From Lingula anatina (Eukaryota > Animalia > Brachiopoda), in contig CM120645.1 of assembly GCA_051362555.1 (NCBI GenBank), positions 6,510,001 to 6,574,000 on the forward strand: DNA of 64,000 bases, given 5' to 3'. The notes beneath the pieces were generated by a model that did not search any database, had not been told where the DNA came from, and saw only the letters and a program-made list of their open reading frames with translations. Position 1 is the stretch's first letter, and each line of letters starts with the position of its first letter. The position numbers were made by a program, and so were the translations under genes. Positions 57,901 through 64,000 of this stretch are shown here, one piece after another.

Positions 57901-58382
57901 GAGTGAGAGAAAAACTCTTTCCATAACGGCTCTCTTAATCTAGATGTAGTTTACGCGTAGGTTTCTTAATTTCCTGCACAAGTCGGTAAATAGGTTATAT
58001 GTAACCATACATGACAAGACCTGTTTTTTTATGGTTTCTAAGATTTCCTTCAGAAATAATGTCACTTGTGTAATCTCTTCATCGAATATCATGCATATTT
58101 TCACAAATCCTTTCAAAAGTTTGTTGATGTTGTATTTCTTTACATATTTGAGTTGCTTATTTATATTTTTTGTATATTTATTCATTTATTTATTTGACAT
58201 CATGAGTTTGTTTCCCTTTCATTGTCTTGCTTTTGGGTGGGTTCATATCTTAATTCTTTTTATGTTTGGAAATAACACGATAGTAATTTTTCAAGTGTTG
58301 TTTGCCTTAACAAAACCTCAGCAAGGAAATCAAGAGACTTCTAGACATGTTTGAGATGCAGATCGCAACCCAAGACCACTGA
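54965..58382 (+). CDS. BORCS6: BLOC-1-related complex subunit 6 (lyspersin/C17orf59-like), 5 exons, 475 aa
   Basis: Exons 54965-55901, 56193-56461, 56741-56824, 57166-57242, 58322-58382 (1428 nt). Motifs GELVAFVADDLQQKIKLS, PPIDPHVLRDIE, MSAITVGCVDTYKEAIDNTCDAVDGSIKSMYALMAKCEELSK and IKEIKRLLDMFE match the conserved C-terminal region of the family. Confidence 0.9.
57243..58321 (+). other. U12-type (minor spliceosome) GT-AG intron of BORCS6
   Basis: 5' site GTATCCTTT; branch site TGCCTTAAC at 58303-58311, ~10 nt before CAG; no polypyrimidine tract; phase 2; splicing restores the conserved reading frame. Confidence 0.9.
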
Positions 58383-59416
58383 GATGGAACTAAGGATCAC
58401 GACTTGGTCACATGGCCTGTCACATGGTTAGTCACATGACATAGTCACATGGTTTCTTACATGGCTCTTCATTCTGCTATCAATGCTCCCTTCCATACAG
58501 TATTAGACAATAGGTGAAGTGAATGCAATATGAACCTGCTGAATAATACTGCTTGAAGCCAGACCCAGGCCCAAGTATATGAGTCTAGTGACCGTGCAAA
58601 AATAAAATCATGGCAGTTATTTCTGTTTAAGTCTGAAAATGAACCACGTAAAGAGCTGGTTGTAGAACAATTATATTAACCATTTCTGTTAATTTCACTG
58701 GCTTCACAGCATTTTCTCTGGCTAGTTAGTTAAACATTAGTGTGCATAATTGATTTCTCAATGGCTTGTACATGTAGACAGTAACTGAATGTATACTAAT
58801 ATATTATTTATTTGAATTAGTTCAATTAGCCTCGCATGTGTTATGGTATTGATACTGTTTTATATTTTGAAGTTTTACTCAAAGGAATTTAAAAGTTACT
58901 CATTGTGTCATTTAAATGTGCAATATACTGTGTTATAATGAATTGGCTTTGTGCATCAATTTTGTATTTTTTCATATTTTTTCAGTAGCTAAAGTAACTT
59001 TAAATAAATGTGTATCCATGCCAACATTTAGATAAAGTTGTGTTTAGATGATGGATATCATTGGAGCGATTATTGCATAAATTTGTTATTGTTGGAAGAT
59101 TAAGAAAACTTGAAAATTATTTTTTTTCTGATTGGTTGTAAGCAGTTTGCTTAGAAGATGAAAAATCAGAATGATTTCATTTCCTAGCTGTTACAGAATT
59201 GGAAAATAAATCATGAAATTACGTAAAACACATTATTTGGTGTTGGCTGTTTTTCTGTGTTATTACCCCTTATGCCATGGGTATATATTTTAAGTATGAT
59301 ATCCATGACAATTTAAGACTGGGTACCCACAAATTGAGATCGATACATCTGGAACGACAAAACTCCCTGGGGATTCAAGCTACATGTAAATTGCTGTCAG
59401 GTTCCAGGAGCCGTAA

Positions 59417-60196
59417 AGCACCCCGCACACGGTAAGCAATTGGCGCGCGCCACTTGCGCTGAGCAAGATGCTCGGGCTCCTCAGCTCCCCGCAAATGCTG
59501 CGCTCTTTGCTAAGCAGAGGTGCCTCCCGGCCTGCCCCTAGCAGACGCACTGTGAACTGTGGGATCATGTGTTTAAGGAAACATTACCAGGGCCGTAGCC
59601 TGAGCAAAATGCCAGGGGGGGCAGTAAGCGGACACGAGGGGGTGAAGCCCCCGAGGGGGAGGGGGTGTCCCCCTCCCACGGTGTGGAAAATTTTTAAAAA
59701 CTGTATGTATAATACTGCATTCTGGTGCATTTTAACTGTTATTTATTGCTCAATCAGAAGTCAGAAATTGCGATTATTTTTTTTTCTGCACCTCAAATCC
59801 CAGGGGGGGCAGGTGCCCCCCCTGCCCCCCCCCCCCGGAGGCTACGGCCCTGATTACATATTGTTGTTTTTTCTGATAGTAACGGATAATGGTGACCACG
59901 TTAATCAATCAGACTAACTATAACTGTGTACATTTTTGTTGACTTCGCTGGGGGCTGCCATTTTTGTTTGTTTCCGGCTACTGGCACATGCGCATTGTTA
60001 GCATGACGTGAGCAATTGGCGCTTGCACCCCGCACACGCTGAGACATTTGCCTCAAGAGACCAAAAAAATCAAACACGTGAGAAATTTTGCTCAGCCGCG
60101 CGTGAGGCAAAAATCTCACCAAAATACCCCAGCACACGATGAGAAAACGGCGCAGCGCAAGTGGCGCGCGCCAAATGCTCGCCGTGTGTGGGCCCC
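59417..60196. mobile_element. Harbinger-like MITE (host of a nested insertion)
   Basis: Imperfect ~45-bp TIRs containing CACACGG..AGCAWTTGGCGCGCGCCACTTGCGCTG; TAA/TTA flanks; CpG-rich. Confidence 0.7.
59588..59852. mobile_element. Nested MITE with 13-bp TIR CAGGGCCGTAGCC and 5-bp TSD
   Basis: ATTAC-CAGGGCCGTAGCC...GGCTACGGCCCTG-ATTAC. Confidence 0.85.
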
Positions 60197-63100
60197 TTAA
60201 TATGCTATACTGTTTAAGTGATGCATTGAGTTTGTGCAAGTTTTCTTATTAAAAAAATCTTAGCCAAATTAATCTCTCAGTGGAAAGACATTTAATATAT
60301 TTCTGTTGTTTTAAAACTGAATTGAATAATTAATCAGATATTGGCAGCAATGGTAGATGAGACATGAGATAATGAAATGAATAGGGCTGACTCGGCTTGA
60401 TTGTAAACACGCCTTAGAAGCACCAATGTTTGATCAATTCTGAACCCGCTGTGACACATTTCCCAGTTAAGTGCTTGCAAACTATTGACCTGAATTTTTA
60501 ATCTCACCCCGAGATTCAGAGCTTTGGCAGTAACTTTCATACTGACATATGTAGAGAAAGGCCAGTTTCCAGTGCAGAAACTAAGGGTAATAAAGTTTGG
60601 CCTATAAACGTGCTGCCAGGTTCAGTGTTCATATTGGTTGTAGGAGGGCTGACTTCTAGGGATATAAAATGCCCTGGGCTTAATTGTAGATAAAAGATCA
60701 AATACAGATATTTGGTCAAATGTAGTTTTAAGGGGCTGGTGTGACTGTGTAGGGGGGGGGGGGGAGTAAAATTTCAGCTATTTTGCAGGAATCAATAATT
60801 GTCAAGTTTTAGTAACGTAGTTATAGAATACTGATTTATCGTTAGGTTATAGTCATTGTCAAATTGAAAATGAAAATTTACATTAAAAAAGGTTACCAGG
60901 ATATGGATTCTGGTACAGATGTCCTTGTTTTAAAAACATATTCCCATATTTACTGCACAGCTAATTGAGTTGACACTACCTCATGCAACTTCTATTTTCT
61001 ATTGATTTATCACGTTATTTGAATTTTATTGTACATACATTGCCAATTGGGTTATCAAAAAGCTCCTCTGATCCCTAATCCATACAATACTTGTTTACTG
61101 AATTATTTTACAGTTTTGTTACAATTTATTGACAAAAATTGCAGCTGTTATCCACTCATTATGAGTTTCCCAGTGCAGCATTATGCTATATTATAACCTG
61201 GTCACAGCTGCTTTACTCACGGAGTATCTGATGCGTGGACCTATATTTATCTGCAACTTGTTTACTACCAGAATTAGGCTGATTGTAAGTGTAAATCCAA
61301 GATAACCCAGAATATTAGAGTACTCCTCAAATCTATAAATAATGCCACTTTGTTCCGTCTAGGGGGAATTATTTTTGCAATGTATGATTAGTTTCTCAGA
61401 ATGTTGAATAGGAAAATGAGTGTATGTTTTATTTTTGTGTCATTCAAACTGCTGTAATTTAGTTTGGCAAATATAAACTGAAAGGTCATTTCTCTAAACA
61501 AACTTTGACCTGAAATACTTGTAGTTCAGTTAAAAGCAGTGTACTGTATAAAATAATTACTGTACACAATTTAAAAAAAAAAATTGAAAATGTGTCATAG
61601 CATTCATCTTTTAATTGAGAGATATAAAAAAATGTAGCTTCTTTTTTTCACACATTTCAGCTTGAGAGAAATGTAGAAAAAGTAAATTAAACAGTATTGT
61701 CCTCACCTTGAGAGAGTATCAGCAATGTCATCATAATCCTGTAAATAAAATGAAATGTGCAACCTGGTTTCTTATCAAGACAGGTTATTAAAACTGGTTT
61801 TGTAAAGTGGAGGCCTTGGAATGGTTTTCTTGGTCTCCTGTCCTTGACTTAAAGCATATCGCTGCTGCATCCTCCCACATTCTAGAAGGGACATCTTGGC
61901 GGAAAAATCATGATTCTGTGTCACCTGTGGCTGCTACATCAATGTATCACAGTTATCCCATTGATTGACACTGACAGATTCTGAATTTTACTAATTTAGG
62001 TGGTACTTGGGGTGGGGCAAAAAGATAAAAAACATTTACCAGTTGAGGCAAGACAAATATTATCAAGTAGATGAGGAGAATTTCATTGTAACAATTATGG
62101 CATTGGGTTGAAAAAACTGCTTGGTTTTGTGTTGAACTGTGCCTTTTATACTGTTTTGGGGAAGAAGGAGAATTAAAATAAAAGGAGGGGTGTGTCCAAA
62201 GCTTGGGGGGGGGGGGGGGGCATGCAGGCCAACCAAGTGCAATCTTAATTTGAATAATCCTTATAAAAATGCATTGTATGAACATGGCAGAATTATACAC
62301 CAACAACATGCATAATTGCCATGTGTCCCTTGTGGAACTTTTTTTTTTTCAATTTCCAAAAATGTGGGCAACTGTTGGACAAATGACATATTTCTAGGAG
62401 TTGCTTCTCTTTTCAGCAAATAATTTATATGCACTTTATTATGATATGATAACACCAGCTAGTCCTCTTCAAAATGGTTATAAAAAACAGAAAACATTTC
62501 TGCTTGTTGCCCAAGTTTCAAGGTATCACCAAGAGCCTTGTACAGAAATAGTGTACATTAAAGTGGTCTTTTCCCATGTGCTTAGCATACATACATGTAT
62601 ATCTACATCCTGCACCATGCGTTCATGTTCATGTGAAGCTCTTGATTAAACCAGGAATGATCTTAATAATATCCCTGCATATTTAGAGTCACATCATTTA
62701 AGACACTTACCTGTTAACCCCTTTAGGTGGCAGAGTATTCTCCCATTCCCCCCCCCCCCCCCCCCCCCCCCACCCCCGCATCCCTTTCTGTTTTGGCATT
62801 TTGGTTTGTCACATTATAAAGCTTTCAGTCATGATTTGATATCCCTTGTGCTGAGTTTAGTATCAGTTTCTACTGTCATTCCTGGAAATAAATAGGTGAT
62901 AGATAGCTAGCTAGAGAGGTGAGTTTCCAGTGCCCTTTGAAATGCAGGGTGATCCAATGAATCTCTTAATAAACAATATCAGCTATAGATCTGTTGATTA
63001 GACCACAAATATCCATAGATCGAGTCTGAACTTCAGGGTGTATTTTTAGTTGAGTTCAAGTTCACGAAGTGTTCATGTTACCAGCATGCTCTGGTTTTGG

Positions 63101-64000
63101 AGTCTGGTGTTTTGAGTCCCAAGTGCCTGGATAAGGAACAGGAATCTACAGGTGCTAAAAATCAAAGTGTATTGACCTGGTTTACTTTTCTCAAAAGAGT
63201 GGTGTACATTAAGAATGAAGTAATGGTTATTTGCTGTTTTTATATCCCCATTTCAGTGAAAGTAGGTGGTAAACAACAGCACGATAAAAAATGGTACCAG
63301 TCGTTGAACTAGTTTAGAAAATTGGGCCACCTTGGCAGATATGAGAGACTGTATATGGTTATATTACCTGAATCCACATTTATTGTCTCTCCAAAAATGA
63401 GTGCACTGGAAGAGTTTTATTTTAATATTTTGGTTTAGTTAATCTAATTTTCCACTTTAAGTTGAAAATAAATTGTGCTACTTTGACATTAAGATTAACA
63501 TCGAGGATAATTCATGTAATACAAAAAATATGTTCTTTTTACTTCTGCCTCTGGTACTTGTACAGACCTGTACAGCAGTGCAATCATATGATTAAATACA
63601 TTGTATATGTCTACATACACTATATCACTCCTGGGAATGATATATTGTAAAGTCCCCATGACCATGCAGGGACTATTTATGATAAAGGTAAAGTCTACTG
63701 AATCAGATATAATTGATCACAGGGTTTTCTGTGCTAATCCCACTCCTTTTGATATATATTACATAATACACACAAATTTTTTCTTCAATAGGGACACTTT
63801 ATGTGAGAAATGAGGCAAATACTTAGTACGCGTTAAGGTTGATGGGCACCTTATGATCTGGGTATACAAATGATAGCCTATTTTTGTTATATAACAACCA
63901 GGCTCTCATCTTCTTATTCACTTGACCATCATGCTCCGAACATGAGCTGCATGTATGAGCTTCATCTGATTGGCTGAGGGCATTTGGGGAGAATATCACA

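Overview
AT-rich animal genomic DNA. The intron-rich genes, CpG depletion and MITE/HINE repertoire suggest an invertebrate, possibly a lophotrochozoan; this is inference. Three spliced protein-coding genes can be rebuilt by hand with consistent splice phases. (1) A minus-strand secreted mucin-like gene (61-29788, 10 exons, ~646 aa): signal peptide, two atypical 8-Cys trefoil (P) domains, a 313-aa Thr/Glu/Val-rich region, a uromodulin/GP2/OIT3-type D8C domain and a Thr-rich tail. (2) NOL9 polynucleotide 5'-kinase (minus, 47453-53319, 10 coding exons, 787 aa). (3) BORCS6 (plus, 54965-58382, 5 exons, 475 aa), head-to-head with NOL9; its last intron is U12-type. Mobile elements include an apparently very young non-autonomous LTR element encoding only acidic ORFs, an IS3EU-like foldback element, a Helentron-associated HINE with a 146-bp repeat array, and Mutator-, hAT- and Harbinger-like MITEs. 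All calls were made by eye; no database searches were run.
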